A stretch of 37,966 bases of DNA from IMG/VR virus record IMGVR_UViG_3300045988_135835, positions 1 through 37,966 of that record; one strand, 5' to 3'. A program made the translations under genes and the position numbers. This document shows, in pieces, positions 1-8,260 of this stretch. How positions within the stretch are numbered: the stretch's first letter is position 1; each line of letters starts with the position of its first letter. This stretch comes from a virus. The notes beneath the pieces are model-generated. The model ran no database searches. It was not told the origin of the DNA and worked only from the letters and a program-made list of their open reading frames with translations.

Positions 1-125
1 ATATTACTCCTAATTAGCGTTTATTGTTTGAAGAATATCAAATAATAAACAGATGGTCAAGTACGTTTATAAAATTTTTACAGATTGTAATCAAAGATAC
101 AAATGCTCGGTACAAGTACTCGTTT

Positions 126-179
126 CAAATAATAAAAAATAAACCCTAGTATTTTTATACTAGGGTTTTGGAGGCGACA
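126..179. repeat. attL: left copy of a 54-bp perfect direct repeat flanking the prophage
   Basis: caaataataaaaaataaaccctagtatttttatactagggttttggaggcgaca is identical at 126-179 and 37872-37925. The repeat includes the 3' end of tRNA-Cys, and the integrase gene is adjacent. Confidence 0.93.
141..168. terminator. Intrinsic terminator-like inverted repeat inside attL
   Basis: AAACCCTAGTA-TTTTTA-TACTAGGGTTT, perfect 11-bp stem. Confidence 0.75.
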
Positions 180-225
180 ATCGGAAAATATGCATAGCTT
201 TTGCTATTATTTCAGCAATTCTTAT

Positions 226-249
226 TTTTTTAATGCAATTTTAATGCAA
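226..249. promoter_or_regulatory. Putative integrase arm-type binding repeats, left end
   Basis: TTTTTTAATGCAATTTTAATGCAA, identical 24-nt string at 37746-37769 near the other end. Confidence 0.65.
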
Positions 250-1602
250 AGAAAGTTCTTTACTTCTAGTTTTAATTGATTTTTCAATTTCATTTTCTAT
301 AAAATCATCTAATATATGTGCATATGTTTTTCTCAATACTTCAACAGACGTACCAACAATTTTAGAAATGACATCTATTCTAATATCGTTTTCTATCATT
401 CGAGTAACGCATGTATGTTTCATCATATGCGTATTGCATCCTTCAGAAATTTCTAATTTTATTCCAGCAGAGCGACAAATTCTTTTAAATATATTATTAA
501 AAGCAGTATGTGTTATTATTTTACCTTCTTTTGTGCAGAAAAGCAACTTTAAAGAATTATTTGAAGTATTGCAACTAATTTTATATTGCTCATCCAAAAT
601 GTCAATAAACTCATTCTCATCAAAAAGAACTGCAAAAGGAATATATCTAATATCTTTTTTATTTGCACGTTTAGTTTTTCTTCCTGTTTTTGTTTGCGTT
701 CCCATAACGAATTTTCCATCTGCATTTTTAGTAATAGTTTTGCTTACTAAGATTCTTTTATTTATTCTGTCTATATCGGTATCTCTGTTTAAAGCACATA
801 TTTCACCGATTCGCATTCCAGTTGCCAAATTAAATTTTATTATATTTTTTATAGTTTTTCCATCAATTTTAGATTTTATATCTACTAAAGAAGATTCATT
901 ATTATTGACATATTCTAATAAAGCTTTTTCTTCTTCTATAGTAAATGCAGTCACTTCCTTAACTTCTTTATTACTTATAAAAGTATTTCTTTTTATTTCA
1001 GAAATTGTATCTAATTTACAATATTTAAAAGCTCCAGAAATTTGATCGTATATTTTTTCCAATTGAGATTGAGAAAAATTAAGAGATACAAAGTAGGATA
1101 ATAAGTCTTTTATATCATCTTCCGTAAGTTCAATCATTTTTTTATAAGCAAAAGGATGCTTTTCAATACTTTTTATAGTTTCATTATTTCTAAGATATGT
1201 ATTATCTGTTATTAGTTTTAATTTATGTTTTTGATTATTATTCTTTTTCATTGTATCAAGAAGAGGATAATTACCTTCTTTTATATAGATTTGTCTTTCT
1301 ATTTTTTCTTCTTCTATAGCTTTTTTATTAGAAGCCTCCTTTTTTGTTTTTCCAGTACCTACAGTTTTTCTACCTTCTTTTGTAGAAATTTGTGCAAAAG
1401 ATTTCTTATATATATAAAATCTGTCACAGTCTTTAGAAGTACAATTTATACATTTATCACATTTAACGTAACCAGTTCTATTATTACAATAGCTTCTATC
1501 TTTACATTCACTACAAATTTTACACATTTTTGTATTATTAAATTTTCTTTTTATCTTCTGAATAGTTTCGTAAATAGTTCCTTCTCCATTTGCTCTAGCC
1601 AT
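241..1602 (-). CDS. int: Tyrosine recombinase / phage integrase with a cysteine-rich insertion near the N-terminus
   Basis: Catalytic-domain features TGMRIGEICAL...HMMKHTCVTRMIEN...YAHILDD. GGAGGT precedes the ATG at 1602, and the gene is adjacent to the att repeat. The ORF track extends to 1617. Confidence 0.95.
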   Translation of the reverse strand: MARANGEGTIYETIQKIKRKFNNTKMCKICSECKDRSYCNNRTGYVKCDKCINCTSKDCDRFYIYKKSFAQISTKEGRKTVGTGKTKKEASNKKAIEEEKIERQIYIKEGNYPLLDTMKKNNNQKHKLKLITDNTYLRNNETIKSIEKHPFAYKKMIELTEDDIKDLLSYFVSLNFSQSQLEKIYDQISGAFKYCKLDTISEIKRNTFISNKEVKEVTAFTIEEEKALLEYVNNNESSLVDIKSKIDGKTIKNIIKFNLATGMRIGEICALNRDTDIDRINKRILVSKTITKNADGKFVMGTQTKTGRKTKRANKKDIRYIPFAVLFDENEFIDILDEQYKISCNTSNNSLKLLFCTKEGKIITHTAFNNIFKRICRSAGIKLEISEGCNTHMMKHTCVTRMIENDIRIDVISKIVGTSVEVLRKTYAHILDDFIENEIEKSIKTRSKELSLH

Positions 1603-1751
1603 AAAAAATACCTCCATTTCAATAAATTTGTTTAATAAACTATTGAAAATGAAAGTATTTTTATTATATAATAATACAAATCACTTTCAATAGTGGTTGT
1701 TTTTTGAGAAATGTGTCGAGCTGCGAACTTTAGAACACATTTCTCTCTTTT

Positions 1752-2171
1752 TTATTTTTCAAAAGGTATAAAACCTACAACTTTAAATTTATAATCAGGC
1801 TTATTTATTTTCTTTGAAGCAGTAGTATCATATGTTGTAATTGAACCTTCTCCATCACTTACTAAACACGTAATATAGTCAGAGCTATTATTAGCTTCAT
1901 CTGTTACTTCTATTAAAACATAATAAGATTTACTTTTGTCCCAGCAAGTAACAACGCCTTCACCTTCATAGGTTGTATAATTATCAGAATATGCAAAGTC
2001 TGTAGTTTCGGAATTTAAAGTAAAAGAATCCACCTTAAAAGAATTATTATTAATTAGTAGATTAGTATTACTTACAAAAAACAAAACTAAAGAAATAAGA
2101 AGACTAGCTGCTATACATACAACCATAGTAATAATGTTTCCTTTTGTAAATATTTTTTCTTTTTCTGCCAT
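1752..2171 (-). CDS. Small protein with one N-terminal transmembrane segment, in the lysogeny module
   Basis: 139 aa with hydrophobic stretch IITMVVCIAASLLISLVLFFV, then a polar presumably extracellular domain. Confidence 0.7.
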   Translation of the reverse strand: MAEKEKIFTKGNIITMVVCIAASLLISLVLFFVSNTNLLINNNSFKVDSFTLNSETTDFAYSDNYTTYEGEGVVTCWDKSKSYYVLIEVTDEANNSSDYITCLVSDGEGSITTYDTTASKKINKPDYKFKVVGFIPFEK

Positions 2172-2231
2172 GTTTAATACCCCCTTTTTAATTTATATAA
2201 AATACTGATAAATGATAATTTACCAATAATT

Positions 2232-2906
2232 TTATTTGTTTTTAAAATTTCTAATAGATTTCTCTACAACACCAATAATTTTTACTGGTAAATCTTTTAT
2301 ATCTTCTTTAGAAAATACACGTGGTGGATAATATGGATTTACAGCTTTTAATTCTATTCCAGTATTGCCTTTATATACTTTTTTTATTGTAGCTTCTTCT
2401 CCATTAATTAAAACAACACAATTATCCCCATTCTCAAAATCATCTTGCTTATGAACTATAACAGTATCACCATCATCAAAAAGCGGTGTCATACTATCTC
2501 CAACTACATTTAAAGCATAATAGTTTTCTTTATCAGTTCCATCTACTTTAAAAGAAATATAATCTATAATGTTCTCTTGTGCTAAATAATCATATCCTGC
2601 TTTTACTGTACCTAGAAGAGGAATGTTTATAACATCTATATCAGAAATAGGTATAGCACCTATTTTATTTAATATATCTTCTGAGTTTCTCTCCATGGGA
2701 ACATCATATCCCATAAGCCAAGCTTCACTAACATTTAAAATTTTAGCTAATAGGTATAGATTATCCTGTTTTGCTTTATATTTACCTTTTAAATAATTAC
2801 TAATTAAAGATTTATCAATATTTGTTTTTTCAACTAAATCAACTTGTTTCATATTTTTTAAATTCATTGCTTTTTCTAATCTATTAGCAAACGTATCAAC
2901 AACCAT
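2232..2906 (-). CDS. CI/LexA-like repressor: HTH_XRE plus S24 peptidase-like domain
   Basis: N-terminal HTH (MKQVDLVEKTNIDKSLISNYLKGKYKAKQDNLYLLAKIL) and C-terminal GDSMTPLFDDGDTVIV. The ORF is open to 2924; 2906 has the better-spaced AAGGA. Confidence 0.93.
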   Translation of the reverse strand: MVVDTFANRLEKAMNLKNMKQVDLVEKTNIDKSLISNYLKGKYKAKQDNLYLLAKILNVSEAWLMGYDVPMERNSEDILNKIGAIPISDIDVINIPLLGTVKAGYDYLAQENIIDYISFKVDGTDKENYYALNVVGDSMTPLFDDGDTVIVHKQDDFENGDNCVVLINGEEATIKKVYKGNTGIELKAVNPYYPPRVFSKEDIKDLPVKIIGVVEKSIRNFKNK

Positions 2907-2930
2907 AATCGCCATTCCTTTCATAATCGT

Positions 2931-2959
2931 ATTATAAAGGAAAGTTTAGAAAAAATCAA
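2931..2959 (-). promoter_or_regulatory. Putative repressor promoter
   Basis: Minus strand TTGATT-N17-TATAAT, overlapping an operator-like site at 2944-2960. Confidence 0.65.
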
Positions 2960-2985
2960 GTTTTCTTAATATTTATTTTAAAAAA

Positions 2986-3061
2986 GTTGAGAAAAATCAA
3001 AAAAAGTATTGACTTTTAAAACTGACTTTGATAATATAATCGCAAGTTGAGAAAAGTCAAC
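2986..3061. promoter_or_regulatory. Putative repressor operators around a rightward promoter
   Basis: GTTGAGAAAAATCAA at 2986-3000 and GTTGAGAAAAGTCAAC at 3046-3061 flank TTGACT-N17-TAATAT on the + strand (3009-3037). Confidence 0.6.
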
Positions 3062-3089
3062 AAAAGAAAAGGTAGGTGAGTGTACAAAA

Positions 3090-3341
3090 ATGCAATATGA
3101 TTATAGTAAGCTTTGTGGAAGAATAAAAGAAATATTTGGTACGCAAGAAGCTTTTGCAAAAGAAATACAAATGTCTTCTACTACATTAATCAAAAAATTA
3201 AGCAATAAAGTAAAGTTTAGACAAGATGAAATAGGAAGATCAATGAAAGCTTTAAAATTAAATATGAAATTAATACCAATATATTTTTTTAAAGAAAAAG
3301 TTGAGAAAAATCAACAAAACAATGCAGCTCGACACAAATAA
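3090..3341 (+). CDS. Cro-like / DUF739-type phage regulator
   Basis: MQYDYSKLCGRIKEIFGTQEAFAKEIQMSSTTLIKKLSNKVKFRQDEI resembles DUF739 proteins; divergent from the repressor. Confidence 0.75.
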   Translation: MQYDYSKLCGRIKEIFGTQEAFAKEIQMSSTTLIKKLSNKVKFRQDEIGRSMKALKLNMKLIPIYFFKEKVEKNQQNNAARHK

Positions 3342-3359
3342 ATAGAGAAGAGGTAAGGA

Positions 3360-3542
3360 ATGAATCATATTAAAGAATTTAGAAAAAAGAAAAAATTATC
3401 TCAAAGTGATATATCAAAAATTTTAGGAATAAAACAAAATACATTTTCACAATGGGAAACAGGAGAAAGAACACCAAATGTAATTCAAGCAATTAAATTA
3501 GCTGAGATATTAGAAACCACGGTAGAGAGTTTATATAAATAG
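3360..3542 (+). CDS. Small HTH_XRE transcriptional regulator
   Basis: FRKKKKLSQSDISKILGIKQNTFSQWETGERTPNVIQAIKLAEIL. Confidence 0.88.
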   Translation: MNHIKEFRKKKKLSQSDISKILGIKQNTFSQWETGERTPNVIQAIKLAEILETTVESLYK

Positions 3543-3545
3543 AAA

Positions 3546-3940
3546 ATACTAACCATAGTACCAGTATGATTAGTATTATCCCATATTTTTATATCTTAAA
3601 CTCTTGCAATTAGTATATTGTACACAAGACCAGCAAAGTACGTTTTATTTTACGACATTCCATGTCTTTATTGTTGTTCTTATGTATTCAACTAATATTA
3701 TATCTGGTACATATAACTTCTATGAAAGATCTAGTACTTAATCAGTTATGGTTCTGATATGTAAAATTTGAATTACCCTTTAGCAACTAGAATTTTAGAT
3801 TTTAAGCTCTCCAGCTGAACTATGAAATTGTCCAACTTCATAGAACACTAATCCATAAGAAACAGGGTAAACTCAATATTTTTGTCATAACACATCAGTC
3901 CTTTCAAAATTAAATTTACCCATTAGGGTTAATACATAAT
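3546..3940 (+). ncRNA. Candidate structured non-coding RNA or long structured leader (unidentified)
   Basis: ~440-nt gap with no tracked ORF in a dense early operon. Several complementary segments include a possible enclosing pairing 3573-3582 with 3926-3935. Strand inferred from flanking genes. Confidence 0.4.
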
Positions 3941-3983
3941 ATATCACGAAAAGAGATTAAAGTAAATACAAAGAGGTGAGAAT

Positions 3984-4265
3984 ATGAATGTAAAAAGAGA
4001 GATAACTTTAAACTGGGATGATGCTCCTGACACAATTACACCAGAAATATATGCAAGAATACGAGGACATTCCAATGAGTGGGCAAGAAGCAGATTTAAA
4101 GAAAAAAATTTCCCTCGATTAGAAAGTGGAAAATTAGTAGCAGATAAAACAGCAGTAAGACTTTACGATATGGGGATAGACGTAAAAAACAATCCAAAAC
4201 AAAGTGTAGAACTTCTAATTTTATTAGAGTTACAAAAGATGAATGAAAGGAGTGAGAGAAAATGA
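3984..4265 (+). CDS. Small early phage protein, possibly DNA-binding
   Basis: 93-aa ORF with RBS gaggtgag; no firm family assignment. Confidence 0.65.
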   Translation: MNVKREITLNWDDAPDTITPEIYARIRGHSNEWARSRFKEKNFPRLESGKLVADKTAVRLYDMGIDVKNNPKQSVELLILLELQKMNERSERK

Positions 4266-4390
4266 GTAAACAAATGAAAAAATATTGCATAATTGGAAAA
4301 GCAGTATGTAATTTTACAAGTTATGTAATACCTACGGTAGCAGTTATAGCAGCAGGAGCATTAGTAATAATGAAAATATTTATAGGATAA
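4262..4390 (+). CDS. 42-aa predicted small membrane protein
   Basis: MSKQMKKYCIIGKAVCNFTSYVIPTVAVIAAGALVIMKIFIG; ATGA overlap with the upstream gene. Confidence 0.5.
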   Translation: MSKQMKKYCIIGKAVCNFTSYVIPTVAVIAAGALVIMKIFIG

Positions 4391-4401
4391 GGAGTGAAAA
4401 T

Positions 4402-4488
4402 ATGAAAGAAGAAAATAAACCAAACGGGTTAAGTTGGTTTGCATTAGGATTTTCAATAGCTTCTTTAATAGCTGCTTTATTTAAGTAA
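4402..4488 (+). CDS. 28-aa predicted small membrane protein
   Basis: MKEENKPNGLSWFALGFSIASLIAALFK preceded by GGAG. Confidence 0.45.
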   Translation: MKEENKPNGLSWFALGFSIASLIAALFK

Positions 4489-4598
4489 TGTGCTAAAGAA
4501 AGGAAGTGATAAAAAAGATGGATAGATTAGATCAAATATTTATTTGGCACATCATTACATTATCAAAAATGAAATTAGAAAAAAGGAGAATAGAGAAC

Positions 4599-4906
4599 AA
4601 ATGGAAACGATAATAATATTTTTACTTTTAAGCATTTTAGGAATATTAGTAGCTTATGCAATAGTATCTACAGAAATATATAACGACAAAGTAAATAATC
4701 TAGAAGAAGAAATTTACGAAGTAGAACGTGAATTAAGTGAAAATTCTAATAAATTAAGATTAATTAAGAACGAAATAGATAACACAGATTTAGCAGAAAC
4801 AAGCTATTTAGAATTGTACAACAGTTATAAAAGAATAAAAAAAGTGATTGCTAATGCTCACGCATCAACAACCACAAAAGATTTTTTTTCAAGAAAGTAT
4901 AAATAA
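4599..4906 (+). CDS. Membrane-anchored coiled-coil protein
   Basis: METIIIFLLLSILGILVAYAIV, then a charged helical region; start chosen at the internal ATG of the tracked ORF. Confidence 0.55.
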
Positions 4907-4949
4907 ATAATAACACGAATTTAGAAAAAATGCAAGAAAAGAGGAACAA

Positions 4950-5318
4950 ATGGATTTATCTAAAGAATTTCATCCTGTGCCAAAACCACCAAAAAACGAA
5001 AAAAAACAACAAAAGACAATAAGAAAGAAAAGCAGCAAACTAGCAAAGTTAGAACGTAATAGATATAGCATAATTACATACAATTTAGATATTTGCTATG
5101 TATGTCAGAAACATAAAAAAGATCATTTAGATGAAGTGTTTGGTGGACGAAATAGACAAACTAGCATGAAATATGGACTAGTTATACCTATTTGTTTTAA
5201 ATGTCACAGAGAATTAACAGATAATCCATTAAAAAAGAAGGCAATTCAAGAAGAAGCGAAAAAGATTTTTATAAAAAAATATAGTGAAGAAAAATTTATT
5301 AAAGAATTTGGGAGGTAA
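4950..5318 (+). CDS. HNH-like / zinc-binding phage protein, possible recombination nuclease
   Basis: ICYVCQKHKKDHLDEVFGGRNRQTSMKYGLVIPICFKCHRELT: CxxC...H...CxxCH arrangement. Confidence 0.6.
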   Translation: MDLSKEFHPVPKPPKNEKKQQKTIRKKSSKLAKLERNRYSIITYNLDICYVCQKHKKDHLDEVFGGRNRQTSMKYGLVIPICFKCHRELTDNPLKKKAIQEEAKKIFIKKYSEEKFIKEFGR

Positions 5319-5323
5319 ATATA

Positions 5324-5629
5324 ATGGGTCCAGATATGATTGGAAATAAAATAGTCGAAGATATTATGAATGGAAATAATGAAGAAGTGTACTTAGTTGC
5401 AGGACTAATAAATGCAACAGGAAGAGTATTACACTGGAGAACTAAATCTGAAATAGAACTTGGAGATTATGCAATAGTAGAAAATATGAATGGATATGAT
5501 TTAGTTAAAGTTGTAGGAATTGTAAAGACGACTAAAAAGAATGCAATTAAATTTTCTAATACGAAATACGAAAATATGAAGAATGTAATATTAGAAATTA
5601 AATCAAACATAATAGAAAATAACAACTAG
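5324..5629 (+). CDS. Hypothetical phage protein
   Basis: 101-aa ORF closely following the previous gene. Confidence 0.6.
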   Translation: MGPDMIGNKIVEDIMNGNNEEVYLVAGLINATGRVLHWRTKSEIELGDYAIVENMNGYDLVKVVGIVKTTKKNAIKFSNTKYENMKNVILEIKSNIIENNN

Positions 5630-5630
5630 G

Positions 5631-5660
5631 GAGCAGACATAAACAAAACTGCTCTTTTTT
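5631..5660 (+). terminator. Intrinsic terminator between the early block and the replication module
   Basis: GAGCAG-acataaacaaaa-CTGCTC followed by TTTTTTTT. Confidence 0.75.
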
Positions 5661-5680
5661 TTACAAAGGAAGGAGGAAAA

Positions 5681-6472
5681 ATGGCACAAAAAAGAATGTT
5701 TAATAACTCCGTAGTTGGGAGTGATGAGTTTTTAGAAATGCCAGATAGTTCTCAAAATTTATATTTTCATTTATCTATGCAAGCAGATGATGATGGTTTT
5801 GTTGATAATTGGAAATCCATCATGAGAATGACTGGAAAAAAAGAAGATGATCTAAAGGTACTAATTGCTAAATCATTTGTAATTCCATTTGATACAGGAA
5901 TTTTAGTTATCAGGCATTGGAGATTAAATAATTACATACAAAAAGACAGATATAAAGAGACAATACATAAAGAAGAAAAAGCAATGTTAGGTATAGATAA
6001 GAATAATGTATACAGTTTGTATACAGATTGTATACACAGTATAGATAAGAATAGATTAGATAAGATTAGTATAGATAAGAATAGTAAAGAAAAAGAACAA
6101 GAAGAAAGCGAAAGTTGTGGCGACGGTTTTCAAAATGTTTCAAAATTTTACGAGGAAAATATTAATCTATTAACACCGTATACATCAAAAATTTTAGAAG
6201 ATTTTACAGATGAATTAGGAGAAGAACTAGTTATTTATGCAATGCAAATTAGCATAGAAAACAATAAAAGAACAATCAGTTATATAAAAGCAATTCTCAA
6301 CAACTGGTCTAAAGCTAATATAAAAACATTAGCAGAAGCTAAAAATGAAAATCAGAACAAAAACGAAAAGAAAGATAATATAAAAATTGAGGACGTAGAA
6401 GTAATAGACACATCAAGTTTAAATGAAGATGAATATTTAAAACTAGTCAGAGGTAAAAGCAATGCAGGATGA
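5681..6472 (+). CDS. DnaD-like phage replication protein
   Basis: N-terminal FNNSVVGSDEFLEMPDSSQNLYFHLSMQADDDGFVDN typical of phage replisome organisers. C-terminal DnaD-like region FTDELGEELVIYAMQISIENNKRTISYIKAILNNW. Confidence 0.85.
   Translation: MAQKRMFNNSVVGSDEFLEMPDSSQNLYFHLSMQADDDGFVDNWKSIMRMTGKKEDDLKVLIAKSFVIPFDTGILVIRHWRLNNYIQKDRYKETIHKEEKAMLGIDKNNVYSLYTDCIHSIDKNRLDKISIDKNSKEKEQEESESCGDGFQNVSKFYEENINLLTPYTSKILEDFTDELGEELVIYAMQISIENNKRTISYIKAILNNWSKANIKTLAEAKNENQNKNEKKDNIKIEDVEVIDTSSLNEDEYLKLVRGKSNAG
6008..6084. repeat. Iteron-like repeats within the replication gene; candidate origin
   Basis: GTATACA at 6008, 6019 and 6030 (11-bp period), then AGTATAGATAAGAATAG twice (6038-6054, 6068-6084). 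Confidence 0.5.
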
Positions 6473-7694
6473 AGAAATAGAAAAAGCAATGTTATATTAT
6501 CTAATTTTCGAAAATTATGAGTGCGAACTCATAGATACAGATTTTACAACTAGATTAAACAAGAAAATATTTAGAGCAATACAAAATTTAAAACAAGCAA
6601 AAGAAGAAATAACAATGTTAACTGTAAAGAATAAATTGACAGATGAAAAAAATATATTAAGTTATTTAGCAACATTAGGTGAGAACATTTATGGTACAAC
6701 TGCAGAGAGTGTATATAAAAAGTTAATTGAACTAACTAAAAAAAGACAAATGCAAAAATTACTAAATGAGTCAGTAGCAAAAATAAAAGATGCTGAAAAT
6801 ATAGATATAGACATAGAAAAAGTAATAAAAGAGCTAAATAAAATTGAAGATAGAGAAATTAAAGAAGAAAGTTTAAAAGAGCAGATTATAGACACTTTAG
6901 ACATGATAGAGAAAAACATGAAAAACAAAAATGATTATAGCTTATATACAGGAATGTTAGATTTAGATCAATTAACTTGTGGACTACATAACGAAGAATT
7001 GACGATAATTGGTGCTCGCCCAGGTATGGGAAAAACAACATTTGCATTACAAATAGCAGATTATATAGCTAAAAAGAAAATACCAGTAATGTTTATAAGT
7101 CTAGAAATGTCAGAAGAGCAAATTATAACAAAATTAATAGCAAAGGACACCAGAATAAATAGTACAAAAATGAGATTAGGAACATTAAATGATCAAGAAG
7201 CAGTAAAAGTATACGAAGCAGGAGCAGAATTAGAAGAAAGACCTTTATATATTACTAGCAATTTAAGAACTATACAACAAATAGAAGTAGAAGCAAGAAA
7301 ATTGAAGAACAAGAAAAATATAGGATTAATAATAATTGACTATATACAGCTAATTAAAAGTTCTCAAAAATTCAATTTAAGAGAGCAAGAAGTAGCAGAT
7401 ATAACTAGAACACTAAAGCTTTTAACATTAGAGTTAAAAATACCAATAATAGGGCTATGTCAATTAAATAGAAATGCAACAAGACAAGAACCAATGTTAT
7501 CTGATTTAAGAGAATCTGGAGCAATAGAACAAGATGCAGACAATGTTATTTTTATATATCAAGAAGAAGAAACTGATGCAGCAGCGCCAGTTGTAACAAT
7601 AAAATTAGCAAAACAAAGAGCAGGTTCTACAGGAAAAGTAAACATGATATTTAGAAAAGTATATAGCGAATTTGTAAATATAATCAGGAGGTAG
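6462..7694 (+). CDS. dnaB: Replicative DNA helicase, DnaB family
   Basis: ARPGMGKTTFALQIA (Walker A), GLIIIDYIQLI, GLCQLNRNATRQEPMLSDLRESGAIEQDADNVIFIYQEE. Confidence 0.96.
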   Translation: MQDEEIEKAMLYYLIFENYECELIDTDFTTRLNKKIFRAIQNLKQAKEEITMLTVKNKLTDEKNILSYLATLGENIYGTTAESVYKKLIELTKKRQMQKLLNESVAKIKDAENIDIDIEKVIKELNKIEDREIKEESLKEQIIDTLDMIEKNMKNKNDYSLYTGMLDLDQLTCGLHNEELTIIGARPGMGKTTFALQIADYIAKKKIPVMFISLEMSEEQIITKLIAKDTRINSTKMRLGTLNDQEAVKVYEAGAELEERPLYITSNLRTIQQIEVEARKLKNKKNIGLIIIDYIQLIKSSQKFNLREQEVADITRTLKLLTLELKIPIIGLCQLNRNATRQEPMLSDLRESGAIEQDADNVIFIYQEEETDAAAPVVTIKLAKQRAGSTGKVNMIFRKVYSEFVNIIRR

Positions 7695-7696
7695 TT

Positions 7697-7840
7697 ATGA
7701 AAATTATAAATACAGAAGAACTACTAAAATTAAATGATATTGAGAAGATACAACTTATAAAGCAAATTATATTAGGACAAGCAAAATTTGTAGGAGGAGA
7801 TGCAAATGAGAAGAAGCAGAGTGAGAGATATAGTTTATAA
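7697..7840 (+). CDS. 47-aa small phage protein
   Basis: MKIINTEELLKLNDIEKIQLIKQIILGQAKFVGGDANEKKQSERYSL with RBS aggagg. Confidence 0.45.
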   Translation: MKIINTEELLKLNDIEKIQLIKQIILGQAKFVGGDANEKKQSERYSL

Positions 7841-8117
7841 AATACTAGAAGCAGATACAAGAGCAAGAGAAGATGATAATTATTTAATATATAAAACAGT
7901 TAAAGAATTATTTCCAAGACTAACAGAAACTTATTTTAAAACAGCATTACAAACATTGACTAATGTAGGAATAAGTTTTGAGAGTATAACAAGACATAGA
8001 AGAAAGTTTTTAGAAATACATCCAGAATTAAAACCAAAACAAACAACAAGAATTAGAAAAGAAGAAGAGAAAAACTACGAAAAAGAATATAGTAGACATT
8101 TACCAAGATTAGATTAA
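7800..8117 (+). CDS. Hypothetical phage protein
   Basis: 105-aa ORF; actual start may be the downstream ATG at 7809. Confidence 0.6.
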   Translation: MQMRRSRVRDIVYKILEADTRAREDDNYLIYKTVKELFPRLTETYFKTALQTLTNVGISFESITRHRRKFLEIHPELKPKQTTRIRKEEEKNYEKEYSRHLPRLD

Positions 8118-8131
8118 CGGAGGACAAAATT

Positions 8132-8260
8132 ATGGAAGTAAAAAGAGAAGAGTTAATAGAGTACAGCTATTATGATGAACAAGGAAAATTAATAACAATA
8201 GTAAACAGAGAAAAGTTAGCTGAATTGTTAGATTCTGATGAAGTGAGGTGGAAAGAGTGA
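8132..8260 (+). CDS. 42-aa small early protein
   Basis: MEVKREELIEYSYYDEQGKLITIVNREKLAELLDSDEVRWKE with RBS ggagg. Confidence 0.45.
   Translation: MEVKREELIEYSYYDEQGKLITIVNREKLAELLDSDEVRWKE

Noticed and set aside
1-125. Possible feature in the left host flank
   Set aside because: It is too short and lacks a recognisable ORF or RNA. It is simply presumed chromosomal sequence outside attL.
368-1045. 225-aa + strand ORF inside the integrase region
   Set aside because: It is antisense to a clear tyrosine recombinase, hydrophobic from reverse reading of AT-rich codons, and lacks a convincing RBS.
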